A stretch of 50,980 nt of DNA from an uncultured Actinomycetes bacterium (GCA_903891755.1 CAITFY010000074.1:1-50980), one strand, 5' to 3'; shown: positions 1 through 10,198, numbered from the stretch's first letter. Translations and numbers: made by a program. The notes: a model not told the origin generated them from the letters alone.

Positions 1-1
1 C

Positions 2-448
2 GCCGAAGCACTTTCTCAAGTAGAACCTGCAGAGGTAGACCCTGTCGCAGTGTTAACGGCAGACCTACAAAGACTTCAAGCAGATTTTCAGAATTATCGT
101 AAGCGTGTTGATAAAGAGAGAATTGAATCTGCAGAGGTTGTAACTGGAATTGTCCTTACGCAATTACTAGGCGCGCTCGATGATATTGATCGCGCACAAG
201 AGCACGGTGAGTTAACCGGCGGATTTAAAGCGGTAGCCGACCAATTGGTTAACACGACGACAAAATTGGGACTTACCAAATTTGTTGATACTGGAGTTAC
301 CTTTGATCCGCACATTCACGAAGCGCTCATGCATGAGACATCCTTAGAGGTATCCGACACCCAAGTTACAAAAGTTTTACGTCCCGGATACAAATTCAAA
401 GAGCGCATTTTGCGCCCCGCTCAAGTAATCGTTACTGATCCTGAGTAA
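2..448 (+). CDS. grpE: Nucleotide exchange factor GrpE (5'-truncated by window edge)
   Basis: The reading frame is open from the window edge, with no stop upstream of the listed GTG at 50. The translation contains ADFQNYRKRVDKE and a GrpE-like C-terminal beta domain. It is followed by dnaJ-hspR, as in actinobacterial dnaK operons. Confidence 0.85.
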   Translation, partial: AEALSQVEPAEVDPVAVLTADLQRLQADFQNYRKRVDKERIESAEVVTGIVLTQLLGALDDIDRAQEHGELTGGFKAVADQLVNTTTKLGLTKFVDTGVTFDPHIHEALMHETSLEVSDTQVTKVLRPGYKFKERILRPAQVIVTDPE

Positions 449-464
449 GAAAGAAGTGAATTAA

Positions 465-1379
465 ATGGCCGCCAAGGACTTGTACGAGAAAGATCTCTAC
501 AAGATCCTTGGCGTTTCCAAAAACGATGATGCCGCTGCAATTAAGAAGGCCTATCGCAAGCTTGCAAAAGATTTACACCCAGATAAGACCAAGGGTGATA
601 AGAAGTTAGAAGATCGCTTTAAAGAAGTCTCTGAAGCTTACGAAGTTCTCTCGGATGATAAGAAGCGCGCCGAATATCAAGAGATGCGCGACGCATTTAC
701 AAATGGCAGAGTTCCTCGTGGAGGACAACAAGCACCTGGTGGAGGATTTGGCGGCGGTGGTTTCGAAGATATCTTCGGCGGCGGCTCGCAAAGCGATATC
801 TTTTCAACTCTCTTCGGCGGCGGGAATAGAGCGCCGCGTCGCGGGCAAGATTTACAAACCGAGACAACAATCTCCTTCCGTGATGCTATTTATGGGCGTG
901 AGATAACACTTCGAGTTAATGATCAAAGCATCACAACTCGAGTTCCGGCAGGAATCAAAGATGGCGGAAAAATCAAACTTAAAGGCCGAGGTGCTCCGGG
1001 CCAAGCAGGTCCAGGGGATCTCTTCATCATTATTAATGTGACAAAACATCCAGTCTTTACTCGCGACGGAAACAACCTCCTGATGTCTCTACCGGTGACA
1101 TTCACGGAAGCGGCGCTTGGTGCTGATATTTCAGTTCCGACTTTAAGTGGCGATGACGTCGTTGTTCGCTTGGCTCCAGGAACACCCAACGGCAAAGTAC
1201 TTCGCGTCAAAGAGCGCGGAGTTAAGAAGGATTTCCAATCAGGAGATCTGCTCATCACGGTTGAAGTTCAAGTTCCTCAACGCATTGATAGCAAAGCAAA
1301 GGCTGCTCTTGAAGAGTTCGCCGAACTTACAAAATCAGATTCTCCCCGCACTCATCTTAAAGAGAGGGCAGGGGCATGA
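465..1379 (+). CDS. dnaJ: DnaJ-family co-chaperone, class II/CbpA-like (J domain plus G/F linker, no zinc finger)
   Basis: J domain with HPD (LAKDLHPDK), a G/F-rich linker (GGGFGGGGFEDIFGGG), and C-terminal substrate-binding beta domains. The protein contains no cysteine, so CxxCxGxG repeats are absent. Confidence 0.85.
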   Translation: MAAKDLYEKDLYKILGVSKNDDAAAIKKAYRKLAKDLHPDKTKGDKKLEDRFKEVSEAYEVLSDDKKRAEYQEMRDAFTNGRVPRGGQQAPGGGFGGGGFEDIFGGGSQSDIFSTLFGGGNRAPRRGQDLQTETTISFRDAIYGREITLRVNDQSITTRVPAGIKDGGKIKLKGRGAPGQAGPGDLFIIINVTKHPVFTRDGNNLLMSLPVTFTEAALGADISVPTLSGDDVVVRLAPGTPNGKVLRVKERGVKKDFQSGDLLITVEVQVPQRIDSKAKAALEEFAELTKSDSPRTHLKERAGA

Positions 1380-1753
1380 ACTTAGAACTCCACCCCGATG
1401 ATGATCAAGCGGTATATGTAATTTCAGTTGCTGCCGAACTCTCCGGAATGCATCCACAGACTTTGCGCCAATACGATCGCATGGGTCTGGTCTCACCTGG
1501 ACGTGCATCGGGTCGCGGTCGCAGATATTCACTGCGCGACATTGCATCTCTTCGAAACATTCAACGTTTGGTTGGCGACGGCATAAATCTTGCAGGAATT
1601 AAGCGGATTATGGAGCTTGAATCTGCTGTGGCGAATATGGCACTTGAAGTAGCCAAGCTAAGAACAGAGGTTGACGCACTCATGGCATCAAATCCCGCGC
1701 TAGCAATCGAGAAGCGTTCAACCCCAACTGTCGTTATTTATAAAGAAGAGTAG
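1376..1753 (+). CDS. hspR: MerR-family heat-shock repressor HspR
   Basis: N-terminal MerR-type HTH (YVISVAAELSGMHPQTLRQYDRMGLV). An ATGA overlap couples it to the dnaJ stop. Its position after dnaJ matches HspR. Confidence 0.8.
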   Translation: MNLELHPDDDQAVYVISVAAELSGMHPQTLRQYDRMGLVSPGRASGRGRRYSLRDIASLRNIQRLVGDGINLAGIKRIMELESAVANMALEVAKLRTEVDALMASNPALAIEKRSTPTVVIYKEE

Positions 1754-1766
1754 ATAGGGTTTCGCC

Positions 1767-2300
1767 ATGAGTTCACGTGAATCACTTAAGTCAGAAATCC
1801 TTAATAAGGCTGTTGTCCATGGCAAAGTAATTCTCTCCTCGGGCAAAGAAGCTGATTACTACGTTGATCTGCGCCGCATCACTCTTGATTCAGTTGCCGC
1901 TCCCCTGGTTGGAGAGGTCATGCTTGAACTCACCAAAGATTGGGATTACGAAGCGGTTGGTGGATTAACACTGGGTGCAGATCCGGTCGCAACCGCGATG
2001 ATGCATGTTGCCGCAAGTAAAGGTCGCAAGCTAGATTCTTTTGTAGTTCGCAAGGCAGAGAAAGCTCATGGCTTACAACGACGTATCGAGGGTCCAGATG
2101 TTGTTGGTAAGAGAGTTCTTGCAGTCGAAGACACCTCGACGACCGGTGGTTCAGTGCTAACAGCAGTTGAAGCGCTTAAAGAGGCTGGAGCAATTGTCGT
2201 TGGAGTTGCGGTCATTGTTGAACGCGGTGCCAAAGAAACTGTTGAAGCCGCAGGACTGGAATATCGTGCGGCGTATCAGTTAGCAGATCTCGGTTTATAA
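1767..2300 (+). CDS. pyrE: Orotate phosphoribosyltransferase
   Basis: 177-aa type I PRTase with the PRPP-binding loop VLAVEDTSTTGGS and an OPRT-like N-terminus (GKEADYYVDLRR). Confidence 0.85.
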   Translation: MSSRESLKSEILNKAVVHGKVILSSGKEADYYVDLRRITLDSVAAPLVGEVMLELTKDWDYEAVGGLTLGADPVATAMMHVAASKGRKLDSFVVRKAEKAHGLQRRIEGPDVVGKRVLAVEDTSTTGGSVLTAVEALKEAGAIVVGVAVIVERGAKETVEAAGLEYRAAYQLADLGL

Positions 2301-2308
2301 ATTTTTAA

Positions 2309-2944
2309 TTAGGAGAGGTGCTTGCGACTGCGCCACTCTTTGAAGATCTCCCAGCCAAGCGGGATCACTGTGATACCAGCAATAACTAGAACAATATCTG
2401 TCAGATATTTCGAGATGGTATCTGCGAAAGTATTTCCAGCAGCGTATGCACCCCAAATGAGTACTTGGGTCCAGATGAGGGCACCAAAGACATTCCAGAA
2501 TGCGAAAGTTTTAAAAGGAACTCGAATAATTCCCGAGAGTGGGTTTATGAGTCCGCGAACTACAGGAATGAAGCGTCCAAGGACGATGGCGCGACCACGG
2601 CCATATTTGGTGATGTATTTTTCAGCAGACTTAATCTTGCCGGGATCGAAGAACTTTGAATTTGGACGGCTAAAGATTCTGATGCCGTAATGCCAGCCCA
2701 ACCAGTGGCCGAACTGAGAACCAATAATGGCGGCGATTGGCGCCCCAGCCGCGACAACCGCGATATTGAGGTGGTGTCCACTTGTGGAACCAATACCTGC
2801 GGCGAAGAGGCCGGCGGTGATGAGCAAGGTATCCCCAGGCAGACCGATGATGAGCGGCAAGCCAGTCTCAAGGGCCAAAATGGCAAAGATGATGACCAAC
2901 GAATAGTTGGAATTAAGGGCTGAGGTAACGCTTATAAAGCTCAT
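2309..2944 (-). CDS. DedA/SNARE-associated family membrane protein
   Basis: Multi-TM 211-aa protein with the DedA-like core GRFIPVVRGLINPLSGI. Confidence 0.75.
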   Translation of the reverse strand: MSFISVTSALNSNYSLVIIFAILALETGLPLIIGLPGDTLLITAGLFAAGIGSTSGHHLNIAVVAAGAPIAAIIGSQFGHWLGWHYGIRIFSRPNSKFFDPGKIKSAEKYITKYGRGRAIVLGRFIPVVRGLINPLSGIIRVPFKTFAFWNVFGALIWTQVLIWGAYAAGNTFADTISKYLTDIVLVIAGITVIPLGWEIFKEWRSRKHLS

Positions 2945-3064
2945 AGGGTTACAGGATACCGATTGATAGCGCGAAATCTGTCATAGACCTTATATATATG
3001 TGTAACCTTTCAACCCTTAGAAGGTCAGGAATGCCACCTATCCACTCAACGAGGAGTCAAAATA

Positions 3065-5323
3065 GTGTCGACAGCCGTTCAAGTAACCGGAACTAATCTG
3101 ATTTATGTTTATATCGTTCTTGGAGTTTCGCTTCTAGCCCTAGCTATTGCTTATGGGCTTCGGGCACAAGTTCTCGCTCAATCTGATGGAACAGAGAAGA
3201 TGAAGGAGATCGCTCTCGCAATTCAAGAGGGAGCGGCCGCCTATCTCAACCGCCAATTCAGAACACTCTCAGTCTTTGTAGCTATCGTCTTTGTGCTCCT
3301 TTTTGCACTCCCTGGCCATACCGATATCCGTATCGGTCGCTCAATATTCTTCTTACTTGGAGCTCTCTTCAGCGCCTCGGTCGGATACAACGGAATGTGG
3401 CTCGCCGTCCGCGCAAACGTTCGCGTCGCAGAGGCTGCCCGTCAACGCTCAGCTGAGAATGCCGTAAAGATCGCCTTCCGTACCGGCGGCGTCGTGGGCA
3501 TGACAACTGTTGGTCTTGGCCTTCTTGGTGCCTCACTTGTTGTAATTATCTATCGCGAAAATGCTCCAGAAGTTCTCGAAGGTTTCGGCTTTGGTGCCGC
3601 GATGCTCGCTATGTTTATGCGCGTTGGTGGCGGAATTTTCACCAAGGCAGCTGACGTTGGAGCTGACCTTGTAGGTAAGGTCGAACAAAACATTCCTGAA
3701 GATGACCCTCGTAACGCTGCAACAATCGCTGACAACGTTGGTGACAACGTTGGTGACTGTGCAGGTATGGCCGCTGACCTCTTTGAATCATATGCAGTTA
3801 CCTTGGTTGCAGCACTTATTCTCGGTAAAGCCGGCTTCGGTGATGCAGGTCTTATTTATCCACTGATCGTTCCCGCAATTGGAATTATCACCGCGATCAT
3901 CGGTGTATTTATTACTCGACTTCGCCCAACAGATCGCTCTGCCATGCAGGCAATCAATCGCTCATTCTTCTTATCAGCAGTCATCTCTGCAGTCTTGGTT
4001 GGTTTCGCGACATTTACATACCTACCAGGCTCAATGAAGTTGTTGACTGGACTTGATGCAGCTCATACAGCAAGCAATGTAAATCCACGCATCCTTACAT
4101 TCGGTGCAGTGCTGATTGGAATTGTTCTCGCCGCTGCAATCCAAATTCTCACCGGCTTCTTTACTGAAATTGGTCGCCGTCCAGTAAACGATGTATCTGC
4201 TTCATCTAATACGGGCTCAGCGACAGTAATTCTCGCTGGTATTGCAATCGGTTTTGAATCTGCTGTTTATTCCGCTCTTCTTATTGCAGCTGCTGTATTC
4301 GGTGCATTTGTACTTGGACACGGCTCCATCGTTCTTAGCCTCTTCGCAATTGCATTGGCTGGTACTGGTTTGCTAACAACTGTTGGTGTAATCGTTGCGA
4401 TGGATACCTTCGGACCAATTTCAGATAACGCGCAAGGCGTCGCTGAAATGTCTGGAGATGTTCATGGTGAAGGTGCTCAGATCCTGACATCCCTCGATGC
4501 GGTTGGTAACACCACAAAGGCGATTACCAAGGGAATTGCAATCGCAACAGCAGTACTCGCTGCAACTGCACTCTTTGGCGCATTCACAAATGCAATCCTG
4601 AAAGCAGTTGCTGATGCTGGAAAGACTGCAGCAAATCTCAACATTCAATTCCAAGGCATTCTAGATATTGCTAACCCACGTAACTTGGTTGGCCTCATCA
4701 TTGGTGCATCAGTTGTATTCCTATTCTCAGGTCTGGCAATTAACGCTGTCTCTCGCGCAGCTGGCGCAGTTGTCGTTGAAGTTCGCGAACAGTTCCGCTT
4801 GCACCCTGGAATCATGGATGGAACAGAGAAGCCTGAATACGGTCGCGTGGTAGATATCTGTACTCGTGATTCGTTGCGTGAACTTGTAGCTCCAGGATTA
4901 CTCGCAGTAATGGCTCCTATCGCAGTTGGTTTTGGTCTCGGCGTTGGAGCACTTGGTGCATACCTCGCAGGTGCAATTGGAACGGGAACTTTGATGGCGG
5001 TATTCCTTGCTAACGCAGGTGGAGCGTGGGATAACGCCAAGAAGATGGTTGAAGATGGTCACCATGGCGGTAAGGGTTCAGATGCTCACGTTGCAACAAT
5101 TGTTGGCGACACCGTTGGAGATCCATTTAAAGACACAGCAGGTCCAGCGATTAACCCATTGCTCAAGGTGATGAACCTTGTCGCTCTCTTGATTACACCA
5201 GCAATCGTCTCCTTCTCACTCAAAGGACATGCAGTTGCTAGTGGAGTTATCGCAGCGCTCGCTGTTGTAGTTATCATCTACGCTCTCATCAGAAGTGCAA
5301 AAGCCGGAACAGTTATCGCATAG
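3065..5323 (+). CDS. hppA: Membrane-bound H+-translocating pyrophosphatase, K+-independent type
   Basis: 752 aa and highly hydrophobic. Motifs include GGIFTKAADVGADLVGKVE, DNVGDNVGDCAGMAADLFESY and DTVGDPFKDTAGP. The GNTTKA motif has Lys where K+-dependent enzymes have Ala. GTG start with GAGGAG about 9 nt upstream. Confidence 0.95.
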   Translation: MSTAVQVTGTNLIYVYIVLGVSLLALAIAYGLRAQVLAQSDGTEKMKEIALAIQEGAAAYLNRQFRTLSVFVAIVFVLLFALPGHTDIRIGRSIFFLLGALFSASVGYNGMWLAVRANVRVAEAARQRSAENAVKIAFRTGGVVGMTTVGLGLLGASLVVIIYRENAPEVLEGFGFGAAMLAMFMRVGGGIFTKAADVGADLVGKVEQNIPEDDPRNAATIADNVGDNVGDCAGMAADLFESYAVTLVAALILGKAGFGDAGLIYPLIVPAIGIITAIIGVFITRLRPTDRSAMQAINRSFFLSAVISAVLVGFATFTYLPGSMKLLTGLDAAHTASNVNPRILTFGAVLIGIVLAAAIQILTGFFTEIGRRPVNDVSASSNTGSATVILAGIAIGFESAVYSALLIAAAVFGAFVLGHGSIVLSLFAIALAGTGLLTTVGVIVAMDTFGPISDNAQGVAEMSGDVHGEGAQILTSLDAVGNTTKAITKGIAIATAVLAATALFGAFTNAILKAVADAGKTAANLNIQFQGILDIANPRNLVGLIIGASVVFLFSGLAINAVSRAAGAVVVEVREQFRLHPGIMDGTEKPEYGRVVDICTRDSLRELVAPGLLAVMAPIAVGFGLGVGALGAYLAGAIGTGTLMAVFLANAGGAWDNAKKMVEDGHHGGKGSDAHVATIVGDTVGDPFKDTAGPAINPLLKVMNLVALLITPAIVSFSLKGHAVASGVIAALAVVVIIYALIRSAKAGTVIA

Positions 5324-5347
5324 TCGCGTAATAGTTCTGGTAACAGT

Positions 5348-5364
5348 GAGGGCGTAACGCTCTC
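5348..5364 (+). terminator. Weak hairpin downstream of hppA
   Basis: gagggcg-taa-cgctctc forms a 7-bp stem (one G-U pair) with a 3-nt loop. There is no clear U tract. Confidence 0.2.
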
Positions 5365-5396
5365 TCTTCCCTAAAGAGCTCGAGGAGTTAATTAAT

Positions 5397-8153
5397 TTGG
5401 GCATCAAGCTAGTTATCGTGGAGTCCCCTGCGAAGGCGCGCAAAATTGGCGCTTTCCTAGGGGATGACTACGTAGTTGAAGCCTCCGTTGGCCACATTAG
5501 AGATCTTCCTCAGCGCGCAGCAGATATCCCTGCTGAATATAAGAAAATTGCATGGGCTAAAGAGGGAGTCAATATTGAAGAGGATTTTGCTCCTCTCTAT
5601 GTAATTAACCCCGATAAGCGCGCCAAGGTCAATGAACTTAAAGCGCTTATGAAGGATGCAGACGAACTCATTCTGGCTACCGATGAGGACCGCGAGGGCG
5701 AAGCAATCGCTTGGCACCTCATTGAAGTCCTCCGCCCAAAAATTCCAATCAGCCGAATGGTCTTCCATGAAATTACAAAGGAGGCGATTCAGGAGGCTGC
5801 GAAAAATACCCGCGATCTTGATTATCGCTTGGTAGATGCGCAAGAGACCCGTCGCGTACTTGATCGCCTTTACGGCTACCGCCTCTCCCCAGTTCTTTGG
5901 AAGAAAGTTATGCCGCGCATTAGCGCTGGCCGTGTCCAATCAGTTGCTACACGATTAATCGTTGAGCGTGAACGCGAGCGAATGGCTTTCGTATCATCTT
6001 CTTGGTGGGATCTAAAGGCCGAAACAGATCAGAACTTCACCGCACGCCTTATCGCACTAGATTCAAAGCGCGTTGCGACAACAAATGACTTTGATGAACT
6101 TGGTGGCTTGAAAGAGAGATCCGCAAAGAACATTCTGCTTCTAGACGAAGCTGGCGCTCGCGAATTAACTCAGAGCCTGCTTGGAACTGCACTCACCGTC
6201 AAAAGCACGGAAGAGTCCCCACGCACCGAAAGACCGAAGGCGCCTTTCACAACATCAACAATGCAACAAGATGCAGGCTCTCGCTTAGGTTGGGGCGCCC
6301 AGCTCACAATGCGAGTTGCACAACGCCTTTATGAAAACGGGTACATCACCTATATGCGTACCGATTCTGTAACACTATCTGGGTCTGCAATTTCATCTGC
6401 GCGAGCCCAAGCCGCATCGCTCTATGGAAAAGAATATGTTCCTGCCTCCCCTCGCCTCTACGAAGGTAAGACAAAGAATGCGCAGGAAGCTCACGAAGCT
6501 ATCCGTCCCGCCGGTGATGTCTTTAAAACTCCTGGCGAGTTAGCACCCGAATTAAGCCGTGATGAATTTGCTCTTTATGATCTTATTTGGAAACGCACGA
6601 TTGCTTCTCAAATGGCGGATGCCAAGAAGATGCAGATGCGGGTGGACTTTGATGTCCAAACAAAAACTGGAAGCCTCGCAAATTTCCGAGCCAATGGTTC
6701 TGTCATTACATTCCCTGGATTCTTGGCTGCATATGAAAATATTCAAGAAGAGGGTGCGGTTGAGGCTGACGATGAGTCCCGTCGCCTTCCACTGATGTCA
6801 GTTGGAGATACGGTCAAGGTTAAGGAATACACCTCTGAAGGGCACGAAACAAAGCCCCCCGCTCGTTATACCGAGCCAACACTTGTTAAGAAACTAGAAG
6901 AGCTTGGAATTGGTCGCCCTTCAACATTCGCATCGATTATTTCAACTATTCAAGATCGTGGATATGTAGCAAAACGTGGACGCGCACTTGTTCCAACATT
7001 TCTCGCTTTTAGCGTCACTGGATTGCTCGAGCAACACTTTTCAAAGTTGGTGGATTACGAATTCACAGCTTCCATGGAGGAAGACCTCGACAAGATTGCT
7101 AATGGTGAAGCTGATCGCGTTGAATGGTTGACTCGTTTCTTCTATGGACATGATGATGTTCCAGGTCTTGAAGCGCTGGCATCTGATCTAGGTGCAATTG
7201 ATGCGCAACAAATTAACACCATGAAGATGGGTCAAGATATTGAAATTCGTGTTGGTCGTTTCGGTGCCTACATCCAGCAAGGCGAAGGCGATAATAGAAA
7301 ATTCGCAAACATTCCAGAGAATCTCGCTCCCGATGAATTAACACTTGCTGTAGCAATTGAACTTCTTGCAAAACCATCCGGTGAGCGCGAACTAGGTGTC
7401 GAACCTGCAACCGGTTTTCCACTTGTTGCAAAGTCAGGTCGCTTTGGTCCGTACGTCACCCAGATTCTTCCCGAGCCAGAACTTGTTGTTGATAAGAAGT
7501 CCGGCGAACTTAAGAAACCTCGCAAGAAGAAGGATGCGCCAAAACCAAAGACTGCATCACTACTTTCAACGATGAGCCTCGACACAATCTCACTTGATGA
7601 TGCGTTGAAGCTAATGTCCTTGCCTCGCACCTTGGGCGAATATGAGGGTGAGACCATCACTGTTCAAAATGGTCGCTACGGCCCTTACTTAACTAAAGGC
7701 GCGGATTCCAGAACTTTGACTTCAGAGGATCAACTCTTCTCAATCACCTTGGATGAAGCGACCGCGATTTATAAAGAACCAAAGGTGCGCAGACGCGGCG
7801 CTGCAAAACCTCCAGTGAAAGATCTGGGCCTTGATCCCGCTTCTGGATCTGCCGTACTAGTCAAAGATGGTCGCTTTGGTTTGTACGTTACTGACGGTGT
7901 CACAAATGCAACTTTGCGTCGCGGTGACAGTGTTGAATTCTTAACTTTGGAACGCGGTATGGAGCTCTTGGCGGGAAGACGTGCCTGGGAAGCGGAAAAC
8001 GGCGGTGCCGCTCGCCCCAAGAAGAAGAGCTCTCGCGCGAAGAAGAGCGCGCCAAGTTTGACCGCTAAAGTCGTAAAAGCAACAGGTGCACCAAAGGCGA
8101 AGAAGAAAGCAGCATCTGGACGGGGCAAAGCCACGACGGGCGTCAGCCTCTAG
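5397..8153 (+). CDS. topA: DNA topoisomerase I (actinobacterial type)
   Basis: Toprim N-terminus (KLVIVESPAKA, ATDEDREGEAI) and active-site Tyr region (YITYMRTDS). Four C-terminal GRFGxY repeats and a Lys-rich tail replace Cys4 zinc ribbons. TTG start with GAGGAG upstream. Confidence 0.95.
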   Translation: MGIKLVIVESPAKARKIGAFLGDDYVVEASVGHIRDLPQRAADIPAEYKKIAWAKEGVNIEEDFAPLYVINPDKRAKVNELKALMKDADELILATDEDREGEAIAWHLIEVLRPKIPISRMVFHEITKEAIQEAAKNTRDLDYRLVDAQETRRVLDRLYGYRLSPVLWKKVMPRISAGRVQSVATRLIVERERERMAFVSSSWWDLKAETDQNFTARLIALDSKRVATTNDFDELGGLKERSAKNILLLDEAGARELTQSLLGTALTVKSTEESPRTERPKAPFTTSTMQQDAGSRLGWGAQLTMRVAQRLYENGYITYMRTDSVTLSGSAISSARAQAASLYGKEYVPASPRLYEGKTKNAQEAHEAIRPAGDVFKTPGELAPELSRDEFALYDLIWKRTIASQMADAKKMQMRVDFDVQTKTGSLANFRANGSVITFPGFLAAYENIQEEGAVEADDESRRLPLMSVGDTVKVKEYTSEGHETKPPARYTEPTLVKKLEELGIGRPSTFASIISTIQDRGYVAKRGRALVPTFLAFSVTGLLEQHFSKLVDYEFTASMEEDLDKIANGEADRVEWLTRFFYGHDDVPGLEALASDLGAIDAQQINTMKMGQDIEIRVGRFGAYIQQGEGDNRKFANIPENLAPDELTLAVAIELLAKPSGERELGVEPATGFPLVAKSGRFGPYVTQILPEPELVVDKKSGELKKPRKKKDAPKPKTASLLSTMSLDTISLDDALKLMSLPRTLGEYEGETITVQNGRYGPYLTKGADSRTLTSEDQLFSITLDEATAIYKEPKVRRRGAAKPPVKDLGLDPASGSAVLVKDGRFGLYVTDGVTNATLRRGDSVEFLTLERGMELLAGRRAWEAENGGAARPKKKSSRAKKSAPSLTAKVVKATGAPKAKKKAASGRGKATTGVSL

Positions 8154-8162
8154 GCTTACCCC

Positions 8163-10196
8163 ATGTCCCAAGCGCTGCCATATCCCTCCGCCCCCGCGCA
8201 GTCGGAATCCCGCAGCGTCTTAGCGATCCCAGCATTCCGCAAACTCTGGAAGAGCATGGCCTTCTCCTCATTTGGAGATTGGCTCGGGCTTCTCGCCTCT
8301 ACTGCTCTCGCTCAAGAGCTCGCCGGAGGCAATTACCGTAAAGCCAACTTTGCTATTGCTGGTGTCTTCATCGTCCGCCTCCTCCCTGCCGTTTTATTAG
8401 GACCTCTTGCGGGGGTGATTGCAGATCGCTTTGATCGCAGACGGTTGATGATTGTCTGTGATGTTCTGAGGTTTGGTTTCTACCTATCAATCCCATTGGT
8501 GCATAGCTACATCTGGCTATATACCGCAACGGTAATTGTTGAAGCGGTCACGCTCTTCTGGTCTCCGGCCAAGGAAGCCTCAGTTCCTAATTTAGTTCCG
8601 AAAGAGAAGCTTGAATCGGCCAATCAGATGACCTTGCTCGCAAGTTATGGCAGCGCACCTGTAGCGGCTTTCGCCTTCACCTTTCTCGCGCTGATTGCAA
8701 AAACTTTTACATCTGCAGGTAATACTCGTTATACCTCAGCTGCTGATTTAGCACTTTATATCGATGCAATCTCATTCCTCTACACAGCGTGGATTGTCTA
8801 TCAATTACAAACTATTCCTAGGGGTTCGGCATCAAAGAGTGCAGTAAATGACAATCTCGGTAAATCACTTATAGATGGCTTTAAATTTGTCTCTCAATCA
8901 AAAGTTATCAGCGGATTAATCCTTGGCATGCTCGGTGCTTTCTTCGCTGCAGGTGCAGTCTTTGGATTAGCGAGAACATTTGCTGGAGATCTTAACGCGG
9001 GCGACTCCGCCTATGGAATTTTATTTGCTTCGGTATTTTCAGGTTTAGCACTCGGTGCTTGGCTTGGACCCAAAATCTTTGGGCAATTCTCTAGAAGGCG
9101 CATCTTTGGACTTTCACTCACGGCATCTTCATTGTTCTTGGCAATTCTTGCACTTTCAACAAATATCGTACTTGCCATATTAATGACTGTATTTGTAGGA
9201 GCTTTCGCTGGACTCTCACTTGTCACCGGACAAACTCTCCTGGGTATGGAAGTTGAAGATGATGTGCGCGGCAGAACTTTTGCCTTCGTGCAATCGCTGA
9301 TTCGCATCTCACTTATATTGGTTTTGGCAATTGCACCAATAATTGCGGCATCAATCGGAAGACATGAATTCACGATAGATAATATTCATCTGCGTTACAG
9401 CGGCGCTGAGTTCACAATGTTTGGGGCAGGTTTTATTGGTTTGGTTGTAGGAATCATCTCCTATAAACGCATGAAAGATCGTCCCAATGTTTCATTCTTC
9501 TCAGACATTATGGCCGCTTTCCGTGGAGAACTTGGTGGCATAACAGGCCACTCCCATAAGGGAATCTTTATCGCCTTCGAAGGCGGCGAAGGCTCAGGAA
9601 AGTCAACGCAGTCGCAACTTCTAAAGAAATACCTCACCAGTATTGGCGAGGAAGTAGTTGTAACTAGGGAACCCGGCGGCACAGTACTAGGTAAACAATT
9701 GCGGAAGATTTTGTTAGACCCTAAGACTGGCGAGATTTCACCGCGTGCAGAGGCTCTACTTTATGCAGCAGATAGAGCAAACCACGTTCACACAATCATC
9801 CAGCCAGCACTAGAGCGAGGCGAGATTGTTATTACAGATCGCTATTTGGATTCTTCGATTGCATACCAAGGTGCAGGGCGCGTTCTTCAACCCAATGAGG
9901 TAGCCAGAATTTCTCGCTGGGCGACTGAATCGCTAACCCCCAACCTGACAATCATCATGGATGTACCAGCAGAGATTGGGTTAAGCAGACTCGAGAGCGT
10001 CGACCGACTGGAACAAGAACCACTTGCCTTCCACGAAAGAGTTCGACGTGAATTCCTAAATTTGGCAAATCTTGATCCAGAACGTTACTTTGTTGTAAAC
10101 GCTACGCAAGACGTTGAAGTAATTGGCGCACAAATTCAAGAACGCGTCTCGAAACTTCCACACCTGAAGATTAACCGCGAAAAAACCAAGAAGTAG
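8163..10196 (+). CDS. tmk: Fusion protein: N-terminal MFS transporter-like domain plus C-terminal thymidylate kinase
   Basis: Residues 1 to about 440 are polytopic and MFS-like (FRKLWKSMAFSSFGDWLG...). From about nt 9558 there is a complete Tmk domain with P-loop FIAFEGGEGSGKST, a DRY-like motif (ITDRYLDSSIAYQG) and a lid region. Confidence 0.85.
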   Translation: MSQALPYPSAPAQSESRSVLAIPAFRKLWKSMAFSSFGDWLGLLASTALAQELAGGNYRKANFAIAGVFIVRLLPAVLLGPLAGVIADRFDRRRLMIVCDVLRFGFYLSIPLVHSYIWLYTATVIVEAVTLFWSPAKEASVPNLVPKEKLESANQMTLLASYGSAPVAAFAFTFLALIAKTFTSAGNTRYTSAADLALYIDAISFLYTAWIVYQLQTIPRGSASKSAVNDNLGKSLIDGFKFVSQSKVISGLILGMLGAFFAAGAVFGLARTFAGDLNAGDSAYGILFASVFSGLALGAWLGPKIFGQFSRRRIFGLSLTASSLFLAILALSTNIVLAILMTVFVGAFAGLSLVTGQTLLGMEVEDDVRGRTFAFVQSLIRISLILVLAIAPIIAASIGRHEFTIDNIHLRYSGAEFTMFGAGFIGLVVGIISYKRMKDRPNVSFFSDIMAAFRGELGGITGHSHKGIFIAFEGGEGSGKSTQSQLLKKYLTSIGEEVVVTREPGGTVLGKQLRKILLDPKTGEISPRAEALLYAADRANHVHTIIQPALERGEIVITDRYLDSSIAYQGAGRVLQPNEVARISRWATESLTPNLTIIMDVPAEIGLSRLESVDRLEQEPLAFHERVRREFLNLANLDPERYFVVNATQDVEVIGAQIQERVSKLPHLKINREKTKK

Positions 10197-10198
10197 CT

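Noticed and set aside
1-1753. A search for the HspR operator (HAIR, CTTGAGT-N7-ACTCAAG) within the window.
   Set aside because: The expected location is upstream of dnaK, which lies outside the window. I saw no convincing copy in the visible part.
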